Shown piece by piece: positions 19,235 to 28,693 of a stretch of DNA of 64,000 nt. The notes under the pieces were generated by a model that worked only from the letters and a program-made list of their open reading frames with translations, did not search any database and was not told the DNA's origin. Position numbers and translations under genes: made by a program. Every line of letters starts with the position of its first letter. Position 1 is the first letter of the stretch. The DNA comes from Ferroacidibacillus organovorans. GTDB lineage: Bacteria > Bacillota > Bacilli > Alicyclobacillales > SLC66. The stretch covers positions 62,001-126,000 of the forward strand of contig NZ_LSUQ01000001.1 in NCBI RefSeq assembly GCF_001642725.1, read 5' to 3'.

Positions 19235-19300
19235 GGTCAATCACCTCGTGCCGAATTTTGACTATCGTACCACAATGTCAGGCGAAGGAAGGGTGGGACC

Positions 19301-19618
19301 GTGCTCAAGCAGACACCTACACTCTCGGATTGTCAAGCGTTCCACAGATGGCTAGACCGTGAAAAAGGATTTTCAGAGGATTTGCCGACGAATGTCATGC
19401 TGCTTGTCGAAGAAGTCGGGGAAGTCGCTAAAGAGGTTCGCAGACTTTTGCACGCGACGGATGACGCTGTTCGTCAAGGTGCACATGACCACTTGCGAGA
19501 AGAGTTGGCGGATTGTTTGGCGTTTATTGCGAAGCTTGCGAACTATACAGACATTGATCTTCAGCAGGCGTATGTTGAAAAAATGACGAAAAATATTGGA
19601 CGCAATTGGCTCGAATAG
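19301..19618 (+). CDS. MazG-like nucleotide pyrophosphohydrolase
   Basis: LVEEVGEVAKE...EELADCL...AN...IDL. Confidence 0.85.
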   Translation: MLKQTPTLSDCQAFHRWLDREKGFSEDLPTNVMLLVEEVGEVAKEVRRLLHATDDAVRQGAHDHLREELADCLAFIAKLANYTDIDLQQAYVEKMTKNIGRNWLE

Positions 19619-19631
19619 GAGTGATATTTAA

Positions 19632-20519
19632 ATGAAATGTGTTCGCAAAGCGGTGATTCCCGCCGCTGGACTCGGAACGCGCTTTTTGCCTGCCACCAAG
19701 GCGCAACCGAAAGAGATGCTTCCGTTGGTCGATAAACCGGCGATTCAATACATTGTCGAAGAGGCTGTAGCAGCTGGCATTGAGGATATTCTCATCGTAA
19801 CTGGCAAATCAAAACGCGCGATCGAGGATCATTTTGATCGCTCGTTGGAGCTTGAGGCTCACTTGGCTGAGCATGAGAAACGCGTTGTTTTAGAAGAGGT
19901 CAAACGGATCTCTGACCTCGCAAACATCCACTACATTCGTCAACCGGAGCCAAGAGGGCTCGGACACGCGGTCTCAATGGCGCGCTCGTTTGTCGGCGAA
20001 GAACCGTTTGCAATCATGCTTGGGGATGACATCATTCACTCGACGACGCCGGGACTCGCCCAGTTGCTCTCTGTGTTTGAGCGTACGGGCACATCTGTGG
20101 TAGGTGTGCAAGAGGTGCCACACGAACGCGTATCAAGCTACGGAATCATCGCAGGTCTTTCGACAGATGGCGTACAGTACACGCTGTCGGATGTGATTGA
20201 AAAACCGTCACCCGATGAATCTCCATCGAATCTCGCCATCGTTGGACGATACGTTGTCAACGCGAGTATTTTTTCGATTTTACAGACGCTGCCGCCGGGA
20301 AAACAGGGCGAGATACAGCTTACCGATGCGTTGAAGCAGCAGATGTTGCGTGAAGGCATGCACGCCTGTGTGATTGATGGAATGCGCTTTGACATTGGCG
20401 ACAAACTGGGTTTCCTACAAGCGACCATTGGGCTAGCCCTGACGCGCATCGATATGCGCGATGAGTTGATTCGCTATATGTCGGGAGTCATTGAACAGGA
20501 GCGCATGCGTTCACGCTGA
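19632..20519 (+). CDS. galU: UTP-glucose-1-phosphate uridylyltransferase
   Basis: PAAGLGTRFLPATKAQPKEMLP, GLGHAV, IEKP, GEIQLTDA. Confidence 0.97.
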   Translation: MKCVRKAVIPAAGLGTRFLPATKAQPKEMLPLVDKPAIQYIVEEAVAAGIEDILIVTGKSKRAIEDHFDRSLELEAHLAEHEKRVVLEEVKRISDLANIHYIRQPEPRGLGHAVSMARSFVGEEPFAIMLGDDIIHSTTPGLAQLLSVFERTGTSVVGVQEVPHERVSSYGIIAGLSTDGVQYTLSDVIEKPSPDESPSNLAIVGRYVVNASIFSILQTLPPGKQGEIQLTDALKQQMLREGMHACVIDGMRFDIGDKLGFLQATIGLALTRIDMRDELIRYMSGVIEQERMRSR

Positions 20520-20570
20520 CGCTACGCGCGGCATACTGTAACCTCATGACGAGTTGTGAGGAGGTTCGGA

Positions 20571-20825
20571 ATGGCCGCTTTTGTGAGTGTGGGTGCCTTT
20601 CAAGTCGCCTCCGTTGCGAACGATGTCGGGTTTTTTTATGGACAAAACGTTCAAAATGCCTGGGATTCACACGCGCCGCTACAGATGGGCGCTGGATTTA
20701 CGATGGGCAATTATGATTTGATGAACAACGCGGGGATTGTATCGAATACGCCAGCCGCGGTGTTGCAGCCAATCAATGATCAAGATGTAAAAGATAACTT
20801 TTCACCGAGTTGGCAGGGACCCTGA
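20571..20825 (+). CDS. Small protein, GerPA/GerPF-like spore protein
   Basis: SD GAGGAGG; Asn/Gly-rich; G.F.MG and I.DQDV motifs; paralog of the next gene. Confidence 0.55.
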   Translation: MAAFVSVGAFQVASVANDVGFFYGQNVQNAWDSHAPLQMGAGFTMGNYDLMNNAGIVSNTPAAVLQPINDQDVKDNFSPSWQGP

Positions 20826-21076
20826 TGGCAGCATTTATTTCAGTCGGTTCGATTCAAACTGCCGCCATGACCAATGCGACGGGTCAGTTTTTTGGCCAAA
20901 ATGTGCAAAATGATTGGGATGCGCACGCTGTGACCGCCATGGCTGCGGCGCTGTGCATGGGCGATTTTGCGTATGTTCGCACATCAGGCGCATGGCTTTC
21001 CATGCGCGCAAACGTGATTCAACCTATTTATGATCAAGATGTAAAGGGCAACGGAGCGTATGTCATTCAGCGCTGA
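20825..21076 (+). CDS. Small protein, GerPA/GerPF-like spore protein (paralog)
   Basis: TGATG coupling; shares MAAF.SVG, F.GQNVQN.WD.HA and QPI.DQDVK with the previous gene. Confidence 0.55.
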   Translation: MAAFISVGSIQTAAMTNATGQFFGQNVQNDWDAHAVTAMAAALCMGDFAYVRTSGAWLSMRANVIQPIYDQDVKGNGAYVIQR

Positions 21077-21120
21077 TTGCTGATGTAATCTGTGGAAACT
21101 GCCGATTTTTCAGATGGTTG

Positions 21121-21150
21121 GCCCGAGGATTTCCTCGGGTTTTTTGTTTT
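21121..21150 (+). terminator. Intrinsic terminator
   Basis: CCCGAGG-ATTT-CCTCGGG followed by a T tract. Confidence 0.85.
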
Positions 21151-21315
21151 GGGGAATTGTGAGCAGTATTACACAAAGAATGCTGTTGATACGCCTATGC
21201 GAAAAAGGATCTGGCGCACACGTCGATAACAGATATGGAGTGAATGAATCTAATCTGTGCAATTGAACCTCTTCGCTGTTCGCGGGCGAGTAGGTTACGG
21301 GAAGGGGTTTTAGGA

Positions 21316-22404
21316 ATGATACGATCTACGCCACAGTGGCGCGCGCCGCGGTGCAAAGCACTGCAAAGAAGGGTCGGCGCGTCAGTCTTTGCCGCAGTCA
21401 TTTTGGTGACAGGGTGTGATCCGATAGGGCTCACCAGCGATCCGGCCGTGCCCGCTGCGACGGTGGAGCAAGGTATGACCCTTCTTTGGGGACCGGAAAT
21501 CAAGTCAGAAGCATTGCAGATGATTCAAGCGAGTACCGTGTTTTGTCATCTCACGATGTATGAACTTGGCGATCAAGATATTCTCGCCAGCCTGCGGAAG
21601 GCGAAGCAAAGAGGTGTCGACGTCAGGGTAATTCTTGATGCGACAGAACCTCACTCGCAGACGATAGCGCTACCATTTCTTCGCAAGTATCACATTCCGG
21701 TGAGCCTTCTCGCCATTTCGGGTGGAATATCCCACATCAAATCGCTCGTCACTGAAAATTCAACAGGCCTGCACGCGTTGATGGGGGGGATGAATTTTGG
21801 ACCATGGAGTTGGGAAAACCACGACGCTTCTGTTTATATTTCACACGCTGAGAATGGGTTTGAAGGGCTCTTTCAGCAAGATGACGCGCGCGCCAATGGC
21901 TGGCCAGAAGCAAGTGTCGCGTACCCTCTGCCGCTGCTTTATGACAGCCAGATTGAACCAGCAGTGCTTGAAGCAATCTCTGGCGCAAAACGCACGGTCG
22001 ATGTAGAGGCGTTTGCGTTGACAAGCAGGTCGTTTATCACGGCGCTGGAAACGGCTGCGGCGCGCGGTGTCACTGTTCGTGTTCTACTAGACGCGAAACA
22101 GGGGTACAATCACCGCAGTGCGGCGCGTCTCGCTCGCGCAGGTATTTCTGTCAAGTATTACGCTCCTTATCAAGGGGAGTATCTTCACGCCAAAATTGTG
22201 AATGTCGATCATGGGAGTGTACTCTTTGTTGGTTCGTCAAATTTCTCCTACCACGGCTTTTCTGTCAATCACGAAGGAGATCTAGAACTGATACAGGTAC
22301 CGCGTATGGGGGCCACCGTCGCGAGCGACTTTAACACACAGTGGGGCCGCGGAGGAGATGTCTCGACATCCGCGTATCGTTCGAGCAGTTATGGAAACGG
22401 TTAA
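21316..22404 (+). CDS. Phospholipase D-family lipoprotein (two HKD-type motifs)
   Basis: Lipobox VTGC; HIKSLVTE...GGMN and HAKIVNVD...GSSN. Confidence 0.85.
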   Translation: MIRSTPQWRAPRCKALQRRVGASVFAAVILVTGCDPIGLTSDPAVPAATVEQGMTLLWGPEIKSEALQMIQASTVFCHLTMYELGDQDILASLRKAKQRGVDVRVILDATEPHSQTIALPFLRKYHIPVSLLAISGGISHIKSLVTENSTGLHALMGGMNFGPWSWENHDASVYISHAENGFEGLFQQDDARANGWPEASVAYPLPLLYDSQIEPAVLEAISGAKRTVDVEAFALTSRSFITALETAAARGVTVRVLLDAKQGYNHRSAARLARAGISVKYYAPYQGEYLHAKIVNVDHGSVLFVGSSNFSYHGFSVNHEGDLELIQVPRMGATVASDFNTQWGRGGDVSTSAYRSSSYGNG

Positions 22405-22461
22405 ACAGCTTTAGAAGAGAACGTTTTCGGGTGGGAGTAGTTCATAGACGGTGAATACGCT

Positions 22462-23037
22462 ATGATGAGATCCATGGGAAAATTTCATGTGTACAAACAA
22501 AAAACATGGGTAGATTCGTGGATTAAGATAGACCATTTTATCGTGGATTGGGTGATTGGCATCCACGCGCAGCAGCGTGCTTTGTTTTTATGGATGCGTC
22601 TACTTGCCCGCACTGGCGCATGGTTCATGGTTTCCGTGATGATCCTTTTTATAGTGTGGAGAATCTTTGTCTTTTCGGATCTCTCTGTGATTCCTGAAGT
22701 TTTTGGAGCCATGTTTTCAGCGGTTTGCACGAAGTTTTTAATCGATGCGCTCGCCGTGAGAGTTGGCAGAGTGAGACCCTTTGTCAAGCGCGGAATGATT
22801 CCTTTTGTGAAAAAGGATGAACAGGATCCGTCGTTTCCTTCGAATCACGCAGGAGGGGCATTCGCACTAGCTGGGTATCTTGCCTTTCATCTCTCGCCCC
22901 TCGCTCCATTTCTCTATGTGATCGCAGTTGGGCTGGCTACCTCTCGCGTCTTTACGCTTTTGCACTATCCGAGTGATCTATTGGCTGGGGCAAGCGTAGG
23001 TACACTCGTTGCATTGGGGGTTTCTTTGATGTTGTAA
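22462..23037 (+). CDS. PAP2-family membrane phosphatase (BcrC-like)
   Basis: RPF, SFPSNH, SRVFTLLHYPSD; hydrophobic helices. Confidence 0.88.
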   Translation: MMRSMGKFHVYKQKTWVDSWIKIDHFIVDWVIGIHAQQRALFLWMRLLARTGAWFMVSVMILFIVWRIFVFSDLSVIPEVFGAMFSAVCTKFLIDALAVRVGRVRPFVKRGMIPFVKKDEQDPSFPSNHAGGAFALAGYLAFHLSPLAPFLYVIAVGLATSRVFTLLHYPSDLLAGASVGTLVALGVSLML

Positions 23038-23172
23038 TAGGCAACCGGGTAAAGGGAACTCTTAGAGAGGAAGCCCAAAAAGGGGTCAGAACTCTCCTGC
23101 GCATTATTGCGTCAGCGTCAAACAAAAAGGGAATTAGAAATTTGCGAACGCTTTCTGAAAGGGTGATGCTAC

Positions 23173-23529
23173 ATTCGTGCGGCGCTATTCCAACTGCTGG
23201 CGGTATGTACAATTTGCGGGAGTACATGTTTTGCGACGGTAACGCACGCAGAAGAGTTTCATGTGGCGATTACGGCAAAAGGATTTGTCCCCAATGAACT
23301 ACGAGCTACGGGTAATGGTCCGATTCGCATCGATATTGTGAATCAAACCGACCACGTCCATAATTTCGTACTGCCAAAATACTTTTTGTTTACTCAAAAC
23401 CTGCAGCCGAAGGAAAAGACGTACGTTTCATTTGTGCCCGACAAGGCTGGGCGTTTCGAGTTCTATTCAGATACGGGCGGAAAAAAGGAACAGGGGTATT
23501 CGGGATATTTGCAAATTGATCACAAGTGA
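23173..23529 (+). CDS. Secreted cupredoxin-fold protein; probable ATT start
   Basis: F.PNEL, N....HNF, F.PDKAG.FEFY pattern; in-frame signal peptide upstream of the tracked GTG (23263). Confidence 0.7.
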   Translation: MRAALFQLLAVCTICGSTCFATVTHAEEFHVAITAKGFVPNELRATGNGPIRIDIVNQTDHVHNFVLPKYFLFTQNLQPKEKTYVSFVPDKAGRFEFYSDTGGKKEQGYSGYLQIDHK

Positions 23530-23598
23530 GGTACGACCACGCCGAATCGCTCTAAATTTTGAGATTATGCGTGGTCGAAACGCGTAACGCCTTCCTGT

Positions 23599-23943
23599 CT
23601 AACCTAGCGAAACTTCGAGCTTTCTGCCACCCAGAATGTGATAATGCAAGTGGAATACAGTCTGACCCGCCTCTTCTAAAACATTCGTAATCACGCGAAA
23701 CCCGGTTTCATACACGCCCGTTTTCTTTGCCACAGCGATGACTGCCTCCTGAAGCGCAGAAAGCAGATTTCCGTCCGTTGGATCTAGCTCTAGAACGGAT
23801 TGCAGATGCTTTTTTGGTATAATCAAGACATGTGTCGGCGCCATTTTTGAGATGTCTTCAAAAGCCATGACGTACTCATTCTCATAGAGGATGGTTGATG
23901 GAAGTTCTCGGCGGGCAATTTTACAGAAAATGCATGACTCCAA
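23599..23943 (-). CDS. Histidine triad nucleotide-binding protein
   Basis: CIFCKI, HVLIIPKKH, GQTVFHLHYHILGGR. Confidence 0.93.
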   Translation of the reverse strand: MESCIFCKIARRELPSTILYENEYVMAFEDISKMAPTHVLIIPKKHLQSVLELDPTDGNLLSALQEAVIAVAKKTGVYETGFRVITNVLEEAGQTVFHLHYHILGGRKLEVSLG

Positions 23944-24029
23944 CCTTCGTTCACCTCGTCTTGGCGCAATTCATCTACGCCTCTAATATGGATTCAGACT
24001 GATCATAGCAAACGGGAGAGAATAACTCT

Positions 24030-24905
24030 ATGGCAGATGATTATCGTGACGGTATTGCGTTTGACGGCGAAAGGTTTTTGCCGATTGAGAAAGCTATGGT
24101 TCCGCTCGAAGATCGCGCACATCAATTTGGCGATGGAATTTATGAGGTTATTCGCATCTATCAAGGCACATTTTTTAAATTGGAAGAGCATATGAAACGG
24201 TTAGAGAGGAGTGCTCAGGCAGTCGCGCTTACACTTCCGTATGAGATGTCAAAGATCATGGAGTTGATAGAAAAAGCGCGTTTGGCGAGTGAATGTAAAG
24301 AGGCGGCACTCTACATCCAAGTATCGCGGGGCGCGGCGCGCCGTGACCATCCTTTTCCTGATGCACCTGCACGTCTCACCATGACAATAAGACCCGTGTT
24401 TACTGAAAAGACGACCGCTTTGCGCCGCCTCGGACAGCGTGTCATGACGACAGAAGATATTCGCTGGTCATGGTGCTACATAAAATCGCTCAATCTGTTA
24501 CCAAACGTATTGATGAAACAGCGCGCGCTCGATGCTGGTTTTAACGACGCAATCTTTGTTCGCGATGGGCTGGTTACGGAAGGAACGAGCAGCAACATTG
24601 CGATCCTGCGCGACAGAACCCTTTATACACACCCGGCGAATCAGGCGATACTTCACGGTGTAACGCGACATGTCGTGTTGGAACTGGCGCGCGAAATCGG
24701 CATTTCAGTCGTTGAGAAAGCTTTCACGGTAAAGGAGCTAAAGGAGGCTGACGAAGCGTTTACAATGAGCACGATTGCAGAAATTGTGCCGATTCGGCAG
24801 GTGGATGAAGCGCTGATCAAAAACGGAAACGTTGACGAGTTTGAGCTGACACACCTATTGCAGGAGCGATTCGCAGCTCAGCATTCACGCGATTTGGTGA
24901 AGTGA
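24030..24905 (+). CDS. dat: D-amino-acid aminotransferase (class IV PLP)
   Basis: EDR..QFGDGIYEV, LYIQVSRG...RDH.FP, IKSLNLLPN, TEGTSSN, ILHGVTR. Confidence 0.88.
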   Translation: MADDYRDGIAFDGERFLPIEKAMVPLEDRAHQFGDGIYEVIRIYQGTFFKLEEHMKRLERSAQAVALTLPYEMSKIMELIEKARLASECKEAALYIQVSRGAARRDHPFPDAPARLTMTIRPVFTEKTTALRRLGQRVMTTEDIRWSWCYIKSLNLLPNVLMKQRALDAGFNDAIFVRDGLVTEGTSSNIAILRDRTLYTHPANQAILHGVTRHVVLELAREIGISVVEKAFTVKELKEADEAFTMSTIAEIVPIRQVDEALIKNGNVDEFELTHLLQERFAAQHSRDLVK

Positions 24906-24978
24906 TAAATTTCCGGTTTATCTTATTTATGTGAAATGCACGGAAATCGCTAGTTAAGATGACAGGCACTCGAAAACA

Positions 24979-24994
24979 TTGACCGATCAGTCAA
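24979..24994. promoter_or_regulatory. Candidate palindromic operator upstream of fadN
   Basis: TTGACCGATCAGTCAA, near-perfect inverted repeat. Confidence 0.5.
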
Positions 24995-25058
24995 AAAATC
25001 ATATTCAAAATGATGATCCTCTGCTATGATAGACGCAAGAGCAAGGAGGTTGATTGGA

Positions 25059-27446
25059 ATGATATCGATTAAACGCGCCGCAGTGCTTGGCTCTGGAGTC
25101 ATGGGAGCGGCCATCGCGGGTCATCTTGCAAACGTTGGAATACCGAGTCTTCTTCTCGATATTGTGCCTGCAGCGTTGCTTCCTGAAGAGGAAAAGAAAG
25201 GGCTTTCACTCTCGGATAAACGTGTAAGGAATCGCTATGCCGATCGAGCCCTCGCCAATCTACTCAAAGCAAAACCGGCGCCTCTCTATACGAAGGAGCA
25301 GGTGAAGCACATAGAAACAGGAAATTTTGAAGATGACTTTAAGCGTATTGAAGAGTGTGACTGGATCATTGAAGTTGTTGTTGAAAATCTGGCAATAAAA
25401 AAACAGGTTTTAGAGCGCGTTGACGCATTTCGAAGGCAGGGTTCGGTCGTCAGTTCAAATACGTCTGGCGTGTCCATAGAAGCAATGGCGGCTGAACTTT
25501 CTGCGGATTTCCAGAAGAACTTCCTCGGCACGCATTTTTTCAATCCCCCCCGCTATATGAAACTTATTGAGTTGATCCCAACTGCGAACACCGACCCAGC
25601 TGTCGTAGCGGCGATGGAGACATTCTGCTCGCGTGTTTTGGGAAAGGGCGTGGTCATTGCGAAAGACACGCCGAATTTTATCGCGAACCGCATCGGAACG
25701 TTCGGTTTGCTTGTGACACTAAGAGAGATGGCAAAGACAGGGTTTGGCGTCGATGAAGTTGACACGTTGACAGGACCAGTGATGGGGCGCCCTAAAAGCG
25801 CCACATTTCGCACGCTCGATCTTGTTGGCTTGGATACGTTTGTTCACGTTGCGAAAAACGTATTGGAAAACTCTACAGATGAACGCGAGCGTGACGTATT
25901 TACCGTTCCTACTGCACTCTTAGAAATGGTCGCAAAAGGATATCTCGGCGACAAAAGCGGTCAAGGTTTTTTTAAAAAACAAAGAGGAGCGAATGGAACA
26001 GAGATTCTCGCCATTGAGCTTTCCGATCTATCCTATCGCGCGCGACGGAAACTTCGCTCCGCTTCGTTTGACGCTGCGAAAACTGCAGCAACCTTGTCAG
26101 AAAAGCTCTGCGCGCTTGCTTATGGAAAGGATAAGGCAGCGTCCTTTATCTGGAGTGTGCTGAAACAAGTACTGATTTATAGCGCCTCTCTCGTAGGTGT
26201 TATTGCAGACGATATCGCAGCGATTGACAACGCCATGAAGTGGGGCTTTAACTGGGAGTTTGGACCTTTTGAAACATGGGACGCGCTCGGACTTGCGCAT
26301 TCGGTAAAACGAATGACAGATGAAGGAGAAAATGTCCCGTCGTTTGTTCTCGAAATGGCCGAAAAGGGGCAGTCCTTTTATCTGAGAGACAACGGTGTCA
26401 CATCCTTTCATACTCGCACAGGATATCAAAAGCTAGAACAGGGGGTACACGTTAATCTTGCTGCACTAAAAGCGCAAGGGCGGGAAATTTTCAGCAATCA
26501 GGGCGCGACGCTGCTTGATCTTGGGGATGACGTGGCTTGCCTGCACTTTCACTCTTTAAAACAGGCGATTGGCGGAGATATGGTTTCTATGATGATGCGC
26601 TCCGCTGACGAAGTAGAAAAAAATTATCGCGCACTGGTCATCGGGGCTAATGCGACTAATTTTTGTGTGGGTGCCAATATCATGATGATGTTGGCGGAGG
26701 CGCAGGACGAAAACTGGGATGAGATCGATCTGGCAATCCGGCAGTTTCAGAATGCGACATCGCGCATGAAGTTTATGAAACGCCCCGTCGTCGTCGCGCC
26801 ATACGGGCTGACACTTGGAGGCGGCGCAGAAATAGCGCTTTCAGGTTCTGCGATTCAAGCGGCGGGTGAAACGTACCTCGGGCTTGTTGAGACAGGGATC
26901 GGTTTGATCCCGGGCGGTGGCGGAAACAAGGAATTGTTGATGCGCGTGATGGAAAACGTGCCCGATCTTCCGGATGTCCCACTGCTTCCGTTTGTACAGA
27001 AAGCGTTTGAGACGATTGCGCTTGCCAAAGTTTCGTCATCCGCGCTCGACGCAAAGTCGCTCGGTTTTCTAACGGAGCGTGATCGTGTCACGGTTGGACA
27101 GGATTTTCTCTTGTCTGATGCAAAGCAGCGCGCGCTTGAATTAGCCATTGAATTTGTCCCTAAAAAACCTGCTCACGTTCGCGTGGCGGGTGAGAATGGG
27201 GCGGCAGCACTTACCGTAGGCGTATATGGAATGAAGCGAAGTGGCTACATTTCAGATCATGATGAGAAAGTGGCCAAACAGTTGATCCGTGTTTTAACAG
27301 GGGGGCAGGTTCAGTCTGGCACGCTTATGTCTGAACAGTCGCTGCTCGATTTAGAGCGGGAAGCATTCTTGTCACTGCTGGGAGAGGCCAAAACTCAAGC
27401 GCGGATGCAGCATATGCTGCAGACCGGTAAACCGCTTCGCAATTAG
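25059..27446 (+). CDS. fadN: 3-hydroxyacyl-CoA dehydrogenase/enoyl-CoA hydratase
   Basis: GSGVMG, SSNTSG, THFFNPPRYM, crotonase NFCVGAN/GGGAE, TGKPLRN end. Confidence 0.93.
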   Translation: MISIKRAAVLGSGVMGAAIAGHLANVGIPSLLLDIVPAALLPEEEKKGLSLSDKRVRNRYADRALANLLKAKPAPLYTKEQVKHIETGNFEDDFKRIEECDWIIEVVVENLAIKKQVLERVDAFRRQGSVVSSNTSGVSIEAMAAELSADFQKNFLGTHFFNPPRYMKLIELIPTANTDPAVVAAMETFCSRVLGKGVVIAKDTPNFIANRIGTFGLLVTLREMAKTGFGVDEVDTLTGPVMGRPKSATFRTLDLVGLDTFVHVAKNVLENSTDERERDVFTVPTALLEMVAKGYLGDKSGQGFFKKQRGANGTEILAIELSDLSYRARRKLRSASFDAAKTAATLSEKLCALAYGKDKAASFIWSVLKQVLIYSASLVGVIADDIAAIDNAMKWGFNWEFGPFETWDALGLAHSVKRMTDEGENVPSFVLEMAEKGQSFYLRDNGVTSFHTRTGYQKLEQGVHVNLAALKAQGREIFSNQGATLLDLGDDVACLHFHSLKQAIGGDMVSMMMRSADEVEKNYRALVIGANATNFCVGANIMMMLAEAQDENWDEIDLAIRQFQNATSRMKFMKRPVVVAPYGLTLGGGAEIALSGSAIQAAGETYLGLVETGIGLIPGGGGNKELLMRVMENVPDLPDVPLLPFVQKAFETIALAKVSSSALDAKSLGFLTERDRVTVGQDFLLSDAKQRALELAIEFVPKKPAHVRVAGENGAAALTVGVYGMKRSGYISDHDEKVAKQLIRVLTGGQVQSGTLMSEQSLLDLEREAFLSLLGEAKTQARMQHMLQTGKPLRN

Positions 27447-27472
27447 AGATTTTTGGAAGAGGAGGAATTCGC

Positions 27473-28648
27473 GTGAATGAGGCAGTTATTGTTGCGGGAG
27501 CGCGCAGTGCGATTGGCCGCTCGGGCAGGGGATCCCTGCGGCATACGCGACCGGATGAGTTTGGGTCGGCAGTATTGAAGGAAATGCTCTCTCGAGTCGC
27601 ATTCGACCCGGCAGAGATTGAAGATATAATTTTGGGGTGCGCCACACCGGAAGCTGAGCAAGGAATGAATATGGCGCGTATCGTTGGACTTCGCGCGGGG
27701 CTTCCGACTAATGTGGCGGGGATGACGATCAATCGTTTTTGCAGTTCTGGTCTTCAATCGATTGCACTTGCGGCGCAAGGTATTTTGGCAGGAACGTATG
27801 ATGCGGTCGTGGCAGGTGGCGTAGAGAGCATGAGTCGTTTGCCGATGGGCGGGTATAATCTATCGCCCAATCCATATCTGGCAGAAAACTTCCCTGACGC
27901 TTACATCTCTATGGGTCATACGGCAGAAGAAGTAGCCCGGCGTTTTGGCGTCTCTCGGGAAGATCAGGATGCATTTGCGCTGCGGAGTCATCGTTTGGCG
28001 GCGGCCGCCAATGATGAAGGGAAACTTGACGCACAGATTGTCCCGTTACAGGTCTCGGTACAAGAGACGGACGAGGATGGGCGAACGGCAACCCGCTCCT
28101 TCACGTTCTCACGTGATGAGGGAATCCGCAGAGAGACGACGCTTGATGCGCTTGCCAAGTTGAAGCCGGCCTTTTCGTTAAATGGATCGGTAACTGCGGG
28201 AAACTCGTCGCAGACGAGTGACGGAGCGGCGGCTGTGCTTATGATGTCAGCGAAGCGCGCGGCGCGGGAAGGGTTAAATCCGATTGGTGTATTCCGCTCC
28301 TTCGCGGTAGCTGGCGTCGACCCGGATATCATGGGGGTTGGACCCGTCGCGGCTGTTCCTAAAGCGCTTGAGAAGGCGGGATTATCGCTTGCAGAGATTG
28401 ATTTGATTGAATTGAATGAAGCATTTGCCGCACAGGCTGTACAGGTGATTCGCGCACTCGGGATGAATGAAGAGATTGTGAATGTGAATGGCGGCGCGAT
28501 TGCGATCGGACATCCGCTCGGCTGTACAGGTACGCGACAAACCGTCGATTTACTTGAGGAGCTAAAGCGTCAGAAAAAGCGTTATGGACTTGTCACGATG
28601 TGTATCGGCGGTGGCATGGGGGCGGCTGGCGTCATTGAGAGAGTGTAA
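27473..28648 (+). CDS. fadA: Acetyl-CoA C-acyltransferase (thiolase)
   Basis: NRFCSSGLQ, NEAFA, GHPLG, MCIGGGMG. Confidence 0.95.
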   Translation: MNEAVIVAGARSAIGRSGRGSLRHTRPDEFGSAVLKEMLSRVAFDPAEIEDIILGCATPEAEQGMNMARIVGLRAGLPTNVAGMTINRFCSSGLQSIALAAQGILAGTYDAVVAGGVESMSRLPMGGYNLSPNPYLAENFPDAYISMGHTAEEVARRFGVSREDQDAFALRSHRLAAAANDEGKLDAQIVPLQVSVQETDEDGRTATRSFTFSRDEGIRRETTLDALAKLKPAFSLNGSVTAGNSSQTSDGAAAVLMMSAKRAAREGLNPIGVFRSFAVAGVDPDIMGVGPVAAVPKALEKAGLSLAEIDLIELNEAFAAQAVQVIRALGMNEEIVNVNGGAIAIGHPLGCTGTRQTVDLLEELKRQKKRYGLVTMCIGGGMGAAGVIERV

Positions 28649-28693
28649 TTGGATGCGCTTGAAACTGTGGAGAATGTGGGAGGAGAATTGAAC

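Noticed and set aside
23040..23156. Purine-rich intergenic stretch as a possible riboswitch
   Set aside because: No recognisable aptamer consensus on either strand.
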